The notes below the pieces were generated by a model. It saw only the letters and a program-made list of their open reading frames with translations. It had not been told where the DNA came from and did no database searches. 64,000 nucleotides of DNA, taken from positions 739 to 64,738 of the forward strand of contig DASXEV010000042.1 of NCBI GenBank assembly GCA_036489955.1, written 5' to 3'. Made by a program: the position numbers and the translations under genes. Below are positions 53,525 to 62,191 of the stretch, piece by piece; within the stretch, counting starts at the first letter, position 1, and each line of letters begins with the position of its first letter. The stretch comes from Opitutaceae bacterium. GTDB taxonomy: Bacteria; Verrucomicrobiota; Verrucomicrobiia; Opitutales; Opitutaceae.

Positions 53525-55611
53525 GACGCATCCTGGTCCTGTTTTTCGCCGCCGCGCTCGCCGCGCGGGGGTACTCGGCGGGCGACTTCGCCGGCGCCGA
53601 GGGCATCGTCATGCGCAGGGTGCCATGGCTGGAGGGGCACGTGCGCTTCGAGGGGCTCGCGGCCGCCGGCCACGACGCCTTCGAGCTCAGCGGCCCGCCG
53701 GGCCGGGTCGTGATCCGCGCGACGGGCCCGAACGCCGCGGCGGCGGGCCTGGGCTGGTACCTCAAGTACTACTGCCACCGCTCAATGTCGCACCTGGGCG
53801 ACAACCTCTCGCCCGCGCGGGTCCCCGGCGTCCCGGGCGGGCCCGTCAGGATCGAGTCGTGGGCGGCCCTGCGCTACGCGCTCAACTATTGCACGTTCAA
53901 CTACACGATGAGCTTCTACTCCTGGGGCGACTGGGAGCACGAGCTCGACTGGATGGCGCTCTCCGGCGTCAACCTGATGCTGGTGGCCAACGGCGAGGAG
54001 GCGGTGTGGAGGGACACCCTGCGGCAGCTGGGGTACGGCGAGGCCGACATCGCGGCCTTCATCCCGGGCCCCGCGTACACCGCCTGGTGGCTCATGGGCA
54101 ACCTGGAGGGCGTCGGCGGCCCGATGAGCGAGGGGATGATCGAGCGCCGGTGCGACACGCAGCGCAGGATCATCGGCAGGATGAGGCAGCTCGGGATCGA
54201 GCCCGTCCTGCCCGGGTTCTACGGCATGGTGCCGGCGGCCATGGCCAGGCGCTCCAGGGCGCACATCGTCGCCCAGGGCCTCTGGGCCGGGTTCCAGCGC
54301 CCCGCGATCCTCGACCCCACGGACCCCGAGTTCGCGCGCGTCGCCGGCGTGTACTACGCGCAGGTGAGGAGGCTCTACGGCGCCGGCCTGCGGTACTTCT
54401 CGGGTGACCCGTTCCACGAGGGCGGGGTCATGGCCGGGGTCGACCTCGGCAGGGCGGGCGCGGCGGTTCAGGCGGCCATGACCCGGGCCTTCCCCGGCGC
54501 CGTGTGGGTCCTCCAGGGCTGGCTCGAGAACCCCAGGGCAGGGCTCATCGCCTCGTCGGACAAGTCCCGCATCCTCGTCCAGGAGCTCTTCGGCGAGCAG
54601 ACGAGCAACTGGGAGAAGCGCGGCGCGTACGAGGGCACGCCCTTCGTCTGGTGCTGCATCGACAACTTCGGGGAGCGGCCGGGCCTCTTCGGGCCCCTCC
54701 AGCGCTTCTGCGACGAGGTCTACCGGGCGCGCACCGGCCCCTACGGGAGGTACCTGCGGGGGACCGGCGTCATGCCGGAGGGCATCGCCAACAATCCCGT
54801 CGCCTACGACCTGGCGCTCGAGCTGTCCTGGCACGCGGACCACGTCGACCCGGCGAAGTGGATCCTTGGATACGAAGCCTACCGCTACGGGGACGCCGAC
54901 CCCGGGATCGCCGCCGCATGGCGCGGCCTTCTCGCCACGGTCTACAACAACAGGACGGGCTGGCCGCCGGAGGACGTCCTCTGCGCGAGGCCCAGCACGC
55001 CGCCCACCTCGGCGAGCCACTGGGGCAGCCTCGACGTCCCCTACGACCCGGCCGTGTTCGCGGCCGCCGCGGCCCGCTTCGCCGCGGCCGCGCCGAGGTT
55101 CGCATCCAACGATCCCTTCCGCCTCGACCTGGCGACCCTCAGGCTCCAGGTGATCTCGAACGAGGCCATCGGGGCCGCGCGCGCCGCCTCGGGGGCCCTC
55201 GCGCACCGCGACCGCCCGGCCTTCGACGCGGCTTCGGCCCGCCTCCTGGGCCTGGGCACGCGGGCGGAGGCGCTCCTCGCGGCCGAGCCCGAGTTCAGGC
55301 TCGCCACGCACCAGCGCCAGGCGCTCGCCTACGGCCGGACGGACGCCGAGAGGGCCGGGTCCCTGCGCGACGCCATGGCGCTCGTCACGTACTGGGCTGG
55401 CGACGACCGCCGCAAGGACGAGCTGCACGACTACGCCTTCAAGGCCTGGTCGGGCATGATGGACTCGTACTCGATGGGCAGGTGGCGGGCGTACTTCGGC
55501 AGCGTCGACGCGCACTGGGGCGAGCCATCCGCGCCTCTGCCCGACTTCTTCGCCTGGGAGAGGCGCTGGGCGGCGGCGCACAGCGACCCGGCCATGGTGC
55601 CCTCCCCCTAG
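53521..55611 (+). CDS. Alpha-N-acetylglucosaminidase (GH89), secreted
   Basis: ATG 53521 overlaps the glpK stop (ATGA). It has a signal peptide. NAGLU-type segments are [53 protein letters not shown] and PFHEGG. Confidence 0.9.
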   Translation: MRRILVLFFAAALAARGYSAGDFAGAEGIVMRRVPWLEGHVRFEGLAAAGHDAFELSGPPGRVVIRATGPNAAAAGLGWYLKYYCHRSMSHLGDNLSPARVPGVPGGPVRIESWAALRYALNYCTFNYTMSFYSWGDWEHELDWMALSGVNLMLVANGEEAVWRDTLRQLGYGEADIAAFIPGPAYTAWWLMGNLEGVGGPMSEGMIERRCDTQRRIIGRMRQLGIEPVLPGFYGMVPAAMARRSRAHIVAQGLWAGFQRPAILDPTDPEFARVAGVYYAQVRRLYGAGLRYFSGDPFHEGGVMAGVDLGRAGAAVQAAMTRAFPGAVWVLQGWLENPRAGLIASSDKSRILVQELFGEQTSNWEKRGAYEGTPFVWCCIDNFGERPGLFGPLQRFCDEVYRARTGPYGRYLRGTGVMPEGIANNPVAYDLALELSWHADHVDPAKWILGYEAYRYGDADPGIAAAWRGLLATVYNNRTGWPPEDVLCARPSTPPTSASHWGSLDVPYDPAVFAAAAARFAAAAPRFASNDPFRLDLATLRLQVISNEAIGAARAASGALAHRDRPAFDAASARLLGLGTRAEALLAAEPEFRLATHQRQALAYGRTDAERAGSLRDAMALVTYWAGDDRRKDELHDYAFKAWSGMMDSYSMGRWRAYFGSVDAHWGEPSAPLPDFFAWERRWAAAHSDPAMVPSP

Positions 55612-55669
55612 GAATTGCGGATTGAGTCCCCGGCAGGACGCGCTTTCATACGGCCACACAGCCAACGCC

Positions 55670-56485
55670 ATGAACCGAACACTCCGCCTCGGCCTGATAC
55701 CGGCCGCGCTCGCGTTGGCCTTCCAGCTCCGCGCCGACGACAAGCCCGCCGCCCCCGCCGACACGCAGGCGTCGCTCCGTTCCGACAACCGCCAGCTGAC
55801 GGACGAGCTCGCGTCCGCCTGGAAGGAGTCGAGCGCGCTCAAGTCGAAGCTCGACCAGCTGTCGGCCGACTACGCCTCCCTGCGCCAGCAGCTGGACGCC
55901 GCCAAGGCCCAGGCCGCCCCGGTCCCGGACTCGGACGCCACCCGGCAGCTGGCGGACGCCCAGGACAGGCTGGCCGTGTCGCTGCGCAGCTTCTCCGTCG
56001 TCCAGGACGAGAATTCCCAGCTCCGGGCGTCGGTCGACAAGCTTACGGCCGACAACGCCGCCCTCAACCAGCAGCTCGACTCCGCGAAGGCGTCGATCTC
56101 GTCGCTGCAGGCGCAGGCCGCGCTGACGGCGCAGATCGACCCCCTGCGCAACGAGCTCCGCCAGTCCCAGGACGAGGCCGCCGCGCTGGCCTCCGAGAAC
56201 GCGCAGCTGAAGACGCGCCTTGCCCTCGAGGCCCCCGCGCAGCAGCCGGCGCCGCTGCGCCCCGGCATGCCCGAGGCCGTGGCCGCGGCCCAGCCGCCGT
56301 CCCCGACGCCGACACCGAGCCCCGCGCAGCGGACGTACGTCGTCGCCGACGGGGACACCCTGTCGGGGATCTCTAGGAAGTTCTACGGCACGCCCTCCCG
56401 CTGGCAGGACATCCTGAATGCGAACAGGGACGTGCTGAAGGACGAGAAGAGCCTCGCGGTCGGCAGCACGCTGAAGATCCCCTGA
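55670..56485 (+). CDS. Secreted coiled-coil protein with C-terminal LysM domain
   Basis: ATG 55670 lies inside track ORF 55622..56485. It has a signal peptide and long heptad-like Q/A/L-rich region. The LysM domain reads YVVADGDTLSGISRKFYG...WQDILNAN. Confidence 0.8.
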   Translation: MNRTLRLGLIPAALALAFQLRADDKPAAPADTQASLRSDNRQLTDELASAWKESSALKSKLDQLSADYASLRQQLDAAKAQAAPVPDSDATRQLADAQDRLAVSLRSFSVVQDENSQLRASVDKLTADNAALNQQLDSAKASISSLQAQAALTAQIDPLRNELRQSQDEAAALASENAQLKTRLALEAPAQQPAPLRPGMPEAVAAAQPPSPTPTPSPAQRTYVVADGDTLSGISRKFYGTPSRWQDILNANRDVLKDEKSLAVGSTLKIP

Positions 56486-56573
56486 GGGCCGGCGGCGGCC
56501 CGCCCGGTCCCCCAACAACGTGATTGCGGCCCCCGCCCCGCGGCCCTAGCAAGCGGGTAGCCCCCCCTTCCCC

Positions 56574-56903
56574 ATGTCCCAGGCGCCCGCGCAGTTCAAC
56601 GGAGTCACGGTCCTCGCAAAGGCCAACGTCTACTTCGACGGCAACGTCATCAGCCACACGATCCTCGCCCCGGGCGGCGAGAGGAAGACGCTCGGCCTCA
56701 TCCGGCCCGGGTCCTACCATTTCGCGACAGAGGCGCCCGAGCGCATGGAGATCGTCGACGGCGCCTGCAGGGTGACGATCGACGGGGCGAAGGGCGCGGG
56801 GGTCCACGCGGCCGGCTCGCGGTTTGAGGTCCCGGGCAAGAGCGGCTTCCTGATCGAGGTCGAGTCCGGCCTTTGCCAATACATCTGCTCATTCCTCACC
56901 TGA
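56574..56903 (+). CDS. ppnP: Pyrimidine/purine nucleoside phosphorylase PpnP (DUF1255)
   Basis: The sequence NVYFDGNVISHT...G.YHF.T...E.MEIV.G...V...G.....AG..F.VPG.S.F resembles YaiE/PpnP. Confidence 0.8.
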   Translation: MSQAPAQFNGVTVLAKANVYFDGNVISHTILAPGGERKTLGLIRPGSYHFATEAPERMEIVDGACRVTIDGAKGAGVHAAGSRFEVPGKSGFLIEVESGLCQYICSFLT

Positions 56904-57994
56904 GGCCGCTTGCCGCGGCGCTGGCGCTGCCGCTCGCGGCGGCAGGCGGTGACGTCCCGCTGCCCGATGGGATCTACGCCCAGATTTCGACGCCGCGCGG
57001 GGACATCGTCTGCGTCCTGGACACCGGGCACGCCCCGCTCGCCGTGACGAGCTTCGTCGGCCTCGCCGAGGGCGCGCTCTCGCCGCAGAGGGGCAAGCCG
57101 TTCTTCGACGGCCTCGACTTCCACCGGGTGGTGCCGGGCTTCGTCATCCAGGGCGGCGATCCGCTCGGGACCGGCGAGGGCGGCCCAGGCTACACGTTCT
57201 CGGACGAGTTCTCGCCCGGCGTCGGCCACGACGCGGCCGGGGTCCTGTCGATGGCGAACGACGGCCCGGGGACGAACGGCTCGCAGTTCTTCATCACCCT
57301 CGGGCCCGCCGAGCGCCTGGACTACATGTACACCGCGTTCGGCCGGGTGGTGCGCGGGGCGGACGTGCCCAGGAGGGTGGTCCAGGGCGACGTGATGACG
57401 GTCAGGATCCTGCGGGTCGGCGCCGCCGCGCGGGCGTTCCGCGCCGACGAGGTCGCGTTCGCCGCAGCGGCCGCGCAGGTGCGCCCCTATTTCGGCGACC
57501 GCGCACCTGGGCCCCGCGCCCATTTCGACGACCCGGACAAGCTGCTGCCGGCGGACCCGCCGCGGGCGGAATACCTGAACTACAAGCTGAACAACTTCCA
57601 GCGGGCGACCGGCCTGCGCGTCTACGCGCGCCTCTTCGCGGCCGCCGATCCGCATGCCGCGGGAGGCCAGCAGGGGACCGTCGACAGGCTGTCCCATACA
57701 CTGGGCCTCGGCGGGGACGGGCTCCTCGCGGCCTACTTCGCCGACACCGGATCCTGGAGGTTCAGCGCGGGGACTGCGATGGATCCCAGGTATGCCGACC
57801 TGCAAGTCACCGGCGAAAAACCTGGAAATAACAGGGCCCTGGGGGCCTTCATGGCCGGATTTACAAACCGGGAGCGAAAATATGAGAGTGAAACCCCGGC
57901 GGCCTTAGCAAATTTTTTACAAACTCCCGGGCAGCGAATCTGGCTTCAGGCCAGCGCAATGATCGACGAATTAATGGCGAAACCTCCGTTGTAA
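56873..57994 (+). CDS. Secreted cyclophilin-type peptidyl-prolyl isomerase with C-terminal extension of about 190 aa
   Basis: It starts at TTG 56873, giving a 31-nt overlap with ppnP. Cyclophilin motifs are FHRVVPGFVIQGGDP, GGPGYTF.DEF and LSMANDGPGTNGSQFFIT. Confidence 0.8.
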   Translation: MPIHLLIPHLRPLAAALALPLAAAGGDVPLPDGIYAQISTPRGDIVCVLDTGHAPLAVTSFVGLAEGALSPQRGKPFFDGLDFHRVVPGFVIQGGDPLGTGEGGPGYTFSDEFSPGVGHDAAGVLSMANDGPGTNGSQFFITLGPAERLDYMYTAFGRVVRGADVPRRVVQGDVMTVRILRVGAAARAFRADEVAFAAAAAQVRPYFGDRAPGPRAHFDDPDKLLPADPPRAEYLNYKLNNFQRATGLRVYARLFAAADPHAAGGQQGTVDRLSHTLGLGGDGLLAAYFADTGSWRFSAGTAMDPRYADLQVTGEKPGNNRALGAFMAGFTNRERKYESETPAALANFLQTPGQRIWLQASAMIDELMAKPPL

Positions 57995-58207
57995 AATATA
58001 CTTACAGATATTTTCTAATTGTCGACTACGCTTACATTCTTCATTAGCTAGACTAAGCCATAAGACTTGGCCCGATATCTTACCTCCTTCCCCCAACCCT
58101 CTTTAACACTTTTTTCTCATCTTGTTACGCGGGTCGGCGTTCTCCGCGTGATATTGGCGTGCAAAAATGACAGTTTTACGGACAGCCGATAAGCACGGCT
58201 ATACATC

Positions 58208-58564
58208 ATGAAGTTATCATCCCCTGCCGCTTACCGGGGGTTCACCCTCGTTGAGATAATGATAGTGGTCGTCATCATTGGCCTGCTGGCCACGATGGCG
58301 ATCCCGGCATTCCAGCGCGTCACGATACAGTCGCAGGACAAAGCGGTGCTGAACAACGCGCGGCAGCTTTCAGCTGCCGCCGACCAGTACTTCCTGGAGT
58401 CCGGAATGTCCACCGCACAGCTGGCGGACCTCGTGGGGCCAACGCAGTACATCAAGGCGTTGAACACCCTGGCGAGCGAGTCGTACCCGAGCAACTACAC
58501 CCAGGCCACCACCATCACCGTCAACGGTGTCGGCGGGGCGAGGACCATCACCTACCACATGTGA
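58208..58564 (+). CDS. Prepilin-type N-terminal cleavage/methylation-domain protein (type IV pilin / T2SS pseudopilin-like)
   Basis: The class III signal is YRGFTLVEIMIVVVIIGLLATMAIPAF. It is preceded by a 213-bp AT-rich intergenic region. Confidence 0.85.
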   Translation: MKLSSPAAYRGFTLVEIMIVVVIIGLLATMAIPAFQRVTIQSQDKAVLNNARQLSAAADQYFLESGMSTAQLADLVGPTQYIKALNTLASESYPSNYTQATTITVNGVGGARTITYHM

Positions 58565-58573
58565 GGCCGGCGC

Positions 58574-59356
58574 CTAGCGCCGCCAGTTGAAGTTCGTGGC
58601 GCCGAGGCCGGAGTCGTCCTCTCCGCGGTTGAACACCCTGACGGCGGCGCCCGCCAGGAGGGAGATCGTGAGCACGAGGGCGCCCAGGGACATCCAGACG
58701 GGGAAGAAGTGGACGCCCATGACGGCGCCGCGCATCAGGTCGACCGCGTACGCCACGGGATCCGCGTGCGCGGCGATCCGCATCCACCGGGGCGCCACGT
58801 CCAGCGGGTAAAGCCCGCCCGAGAGGAAGAACATCGGCAGGAGCACGGCGTTGCTCACCACGGGGAAGACCGTCGTCGAGCTGAAGCGGCAGGCGAAGCC
58901 GACGCCGATGGCGGAGAAGGTCAGGGACGCGAGCACCATGGCGCCGAGCATCTCCACGACCTGGAGGGCCCCGAGCGGCGCGCCCGCCAGGGGGGCGAAG
59001 GGCAGGAGGATCATCCCCTGGACGAGCGACTGCAGGCCGCCCGCGATGATCTTCCCGTAAGCGATCGCGGACCTGGGGACGGGGGCGACGAGGACCGCCT
59101 TGAAGAAGCCGATCTGCCGGTCGAACACGATCGTGATCGCCGCGAAGGTCGCCGAGAAGAGGAGCGACAGGCCCATGGTGCCCGGGAAGATGAACCTCCT
59201 GTAGTCGCCGCCGCCCATCCTCACGCTGGCGCCGATCCCCGCGCCCAGGACGAACAGGTAGAGGAGAGGCTGGATGAGGCCCGCGACGAGGCGCGCCCGG
59301 TCGACCCAGAACCGCTTCAGGTCGAGGATGACGATGGCTATGATGGCGCGAGTCAC
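58574..59356 (-). CDS. ABC-2 type transporter permease
   Basis: GTG 59356 overlaps the ATPase stop (GTGA). It has 6 hydrophobic helices and the ABC-2 pattern (RQIGFFKAVLVAPVPR). Confidence 0.85.
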   Translation of the reverse strand: MTRAIIAIVILDLKRFWVDRARLVAGLIQPLLYLFVLGAGIGASVRMGGGDYRRFIFPGTMGLSLLFSATFAAITIVFDRQIGFFKAVLVAPVPRSAIAYGKIIAGGLQSLVQGMILLPFAPLAGAPLGALQVVEMLGAMVLASLTFSAIGVGFACRFSSTTVFPVVSNAVLLPMFFLSGGLYPLDVAPRWMRIAAHADPVAYAVDLMRGAVMGVHFFPVWMSLGALVLTISLLAGAAVRVFNRGEDDSGLGATNFNWRR

Positions 59357-60306
59357 GGCTTCGGCCCCTCGAGCCCGCGCCCGGTCAGCCTGAGGAACAC
59401 GTCCTCGAGGCTCGGCTCGTGCACCTCCGCCCTGTCGACCTTGACCGGCATGCTGCGCAGGATCTCCGGGATGATCCCCGCCGGGTCGGCGTGGACGACG
59501 GTCAGGGCCTCCCCCCCGGGCTCGGCCAGGAGGCCCCTGCCGGCAAGCCAGGCCCTGGCCTGGGCGTTGTCCGCCGTCCGGAGCGTCACGATCCCGCCGC
59601 CGATCCTGGCCTTCAGCTCCGCTGGCGTCCCCAGGGCGACGATGCGCCCCGAGTCGATGAGGGCGATCCTGTCGGCGACCTCCGCCTCCTCCATGTAGTG
59701 GGTCGTGAAGAAGACCGTCCGGCCCTCGCTGGCCAGGGAGCGGATCTGGCCCCAGAAGCTCCTTCGCGCGTCGACGTCCAGGCCAAGCGTCGCCTCGTCG
59801 AGGAAGAGGATGCGCGGGTCCGTGACCAGGGCGCGCGCAAGCTCGAGCTTGCGCCTCTGCCCGCCCGACAGCGTGCGCGCGTGCCTGCCGGCGAATTCCA
59901 CGAGGCCCAGCCTCTCCAGGATTTCGTCCGCCCTTTTCCGGGCGCCCTCGAGGGTGTGCCCGTAGAGCAGCCCCATGAGGAAGAGGTTGTCGCGGCCGCT
60001 CAGCCGCTGCTCGATCGCCGGCTCCTGGAAGACGATGCCCATAACCCGGCGGATGGCGTCGCGGTCGGTGACGACGTCGCGGCCGAGCACCCTCGCCGAG
60101 CCCGACGTCGGCGACCGCAGCGTCGCCAGGATCGAGAAGAGGGTCGTCTTTCCGGCCCCGTTCGGCCCCAGGAGCGCGAACATCTCGCCGCGCGCCACCT
60201 GGAGGTCGATTCCCTTCAGGGCCTCCACCTTGCCATAATGCTTTGCGACGCCCACGACCTCCACGGCCGGCCCCGTCTCTGCGTCGCTGGAAAGGGCGGT
60301 CGGCAT
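59353..60306 (-). CDS. ABC transporter ATP-binding protein (ABC-2/DrrA-like)
   Basis: ATG 60306 lies inside track ORF 59353..60411. It has Walker A (GPNGAGKTT), the signature LSGGQRRKL, Walker B (ILFLDEAT) and the H-loop TTHYM. Confidence 0.9.
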   Translation of the reverse strand: MPTALSSDAETGPAVEVVGVAKHYGKVEALKGIDLQVARGEMFALLGPNGAGKTTLFSILATLRSPTSGSARVLGRDVVTDRDAIRRVMGIVFQEPAIEQRLSGRDNLFLMGLLYGHTLEGARKRADEILERLGLVEFAGRHARTLSGGQRRKLELARALVTDPRILFLDEATLGLDVDARRSFWGQIRSLASEGRTVFFTTHYMEEAEVADRIALIDSGRIVALGTPAELKARIGGGIVTLRTADNAQARAWLAGRGLLAEPGGEALTVVHADPAGIIPEILRSMPVKVDRAEVHEPSLEDVFLRLTGRGLEGPKP

Positions 60307-60413
60307 GGCCGCTTGTGAAAAGGCAGCGCGCGCCGCGTGGCAACATGTCTTTTGCCGGCGGCGGCAGATTGCCTTGGCCCAAGCCGCCCCTTTGGGCCAT
60401 AAGCGTCCCAACC

Positions 60414-60947
60414 ATGCGAAGCACCGTCTACCTCGCCCTCCTCGGGGTCATCCTCCTCACCCTGGCGCTCGTCGTCAGGTCCGGAATGCTCGCCAGCCAC
60501 CACCCCGAGGAGCCCATGAGCGCCGCCATGCGCGCCGTCATGGCCGAGACGGCGCCCCAGTTCTCCTCCGCCGACGCGGCCATCATCCGGAGGGACTTTC
60601 CCACGGCCTACACGACGAAGTCCGGGCTCATGTACGTGAACCTCGGTCCGGGGACGGGGGACGCGATGCCCAGGGCCGGCGCCGTGGTCACCCTCGAATT
60701 CACGGCGCGGCTGCTCGACGGCACGCCGGTCGGCAGCTCGAAGACGGCGGGCGGCCCGTCGACGGTGAGGATCGGCGTCGGCGATACCACCCGGGGGCTC
60801 GACGAGGCCCTGATGTCGATGCGCAAGGGGGCCCGGCGCATGCTCATCATCCCCTACTGGCTCGCCTACGGCGACGCGGGCAAGCCGCCCATCATCCCGC
60901 CCAGGGCCACGCTCGTCCTCGACGTCCGCCTCCTCGGCTTCCGCTGA
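60414..60947 (+). CDS. Membrane-anchored FKBP-type peptidyl-prolyl isomerase
   Basis: ATG 60414 lies inside track ORF 60243..60947. It has an N-terminal TM. FKBP segments are GLMYVNLGPGTG, V.LEFTARLLDGT, G..GLDEAL..MR.G and LVLDVRLLG. Confidence 0.85.
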   Translation: MRSTVYLALLGVILLTLALVVRSGMLASHHPEEPMSAAMRAVMAETAPQFSSADAAIIRRDFPTAYTTKSGLMYVNLGPGTGDAMPRAGAVVTLEFTARLLDGTPVGSSKTAGGPSTVRIGVGDTTRGLDEALMSMRKGARRMLIIPYWLAYGDAGKPPIIPPRATLVLDVRLLGFR

Positions 60948-60953
60948 GGAAGG

Positions 60954-61160
60954 CTACTCGTGGTGGCGGCTCATCGGCACGTGGAGCCGGTCGAGCAGCG
61001 TCGGGTCAAAGAGGCTGAATCGCGGGTCTGACTCGGGGGGCGCCAGCTGCGTGAGCGCGAGGCCGGCGACAATGATGGAGCCCCGCGCGAGCGTCCGCGC
61101 CGCGCTGGCCCCCCTGCGGGCGGGCCGATGGGCGCGCGGATGTCCTTTCTTTCGCGGCAT
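60954..61160 (-). CDS. Possible small protein (68 aa), basic N-terminus plus one hydrophobic segment
   Basis: This is the 3' part of track ORF 60954..61592, starting at ATG 61160. Third-position G+C is high by eye. It lies 41 nt downstream of the DUF45-like gene. No motif was recognised. Confidence 0.3.
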   Translation of the reverse strand: MPRKKGHPRAHRPARRGASAARTLARGSIIVAGLALTQLAPPESDPRFSLFDPTLLDRLHVPMSRHHE

Positions 61161-61201
61161 GGTCTTCCCATTGGGGACCCGGCGCCCGCGCGTTCGTTCC
61201 G

Positions 61202-61975
61202 TCACATGCCGGCGGCGCCGCCGTTGCGCTTCATCCACGCCTCGGCCTCCCGCCAGCCCGGGCACACCTCCTCGACGCGCGCCCAGAACCGGCCGGAGTG
61301 GTTCATCTCCCGGAGGTGCATGAGCTCGTGGTAGATGATGTAGTCCCTCACCGCGTCGGGGACGAGGATCAGCCTCCAGTTGAGGGAGATGACGCCCGCG
61401 GCCGTGCAGGAGCCCCACCTTGTGCGCTGCGCCCTCACGCTGACGCGCGTCACGTTCATCCTCGTCTGCGCCGCGAGCTCCCAGGCCCGCGCGGGCAGCT
61501 CTATCCTTGCCAGGCGGGCGAACCGGGCCTCGAGCACCGGGCGCAGGTCCCCGCCAAGGCCAGGTACGCGGAAGACATCGGACCCGAGGCACACCGCCGG
61601 CCGCGCCCCCATGGCGGCCGCCCGGATCTCGGAAAGGCCGCCGCGCCAGAGGACCGTCGTCCCCAGGGGCCAGTGGTCCGAGGCCCGCGGCCGGCGCCGG
61701 TGGCGCTCGCGCGCCCGCTCAAGCCAGTCGCTGTTCCCCTCGACGAAGCGGAGCGCCTCCCGCATGGAGCCGCGGACCGGTATGGTCGCCACGGCGACGC
61801 CGTCCCGGCCGAGGGACAGGCGGTAGTTCCGGGCCGTCGCGCTCCGCCTGTAGACGACCGCATCCCGGCGCCCGGAGGCGGGCGGCGACTTCTGCACGCC
61901 GGCCGCAGGGGAAAAATCGCCAAACCAGTCGCTCTGGCGCGCCTCGGCGCCCGAAGGGGTATCGTGTGCCTCCAC
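61202..61975 (-). CDS. YgjP/DUF45-like (M48-related) metal-dependent hydrolase
   Basis: This is the 3' part of track ORF 61202..63367. Motifs are RTRWGSC, LNWRLI and HELMHLREMNHSGRFW. The start is uncertain: GTG 61975 or ATG 62062. Confidence 0.7.
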   Translation of the reverse strand: MEAHDTPSGAEARQSDWFGDFSPAAGVQKSPPASGRRDAVVYRRSATARNYRLSLGRDGVAVATIPVRGSMREALRFVEGNSDWLERARERHRRRPRASDHWPLGTTVLWRGGLSEIRAAAMGARPAVCLGSDVFRVPGLGGDLRPVLEARFARLARIELPARAWELAAQTRMNVTRVSVRAQRTRWGSCTAAGVISLNWRLILVPDAVRDYIIYHELMHLREMNHSGRFWARVEEVCPGWREAEAWMKRNGGAAGM

Positions 61976-62191
61976 GCGCGGATTTGAGCACGACCGGCGG
62001 CCGCAACGCAACCGCGCGGGCCCGTGGCCGACCTGCGGCGCGCGCGGCCCCGGGGAGAGCATTTCGGTCTGGCAAGGGGGGCCGTGCCCCACGTAGGTTG
62101 GCCGCCCCCTAAGTCCCCCAACATCCCCGCATAGGCGCAGTACCGGCCAACGGCACATTCTGGCGCAACGCGGGTCGGTTACCCTTCCCCC

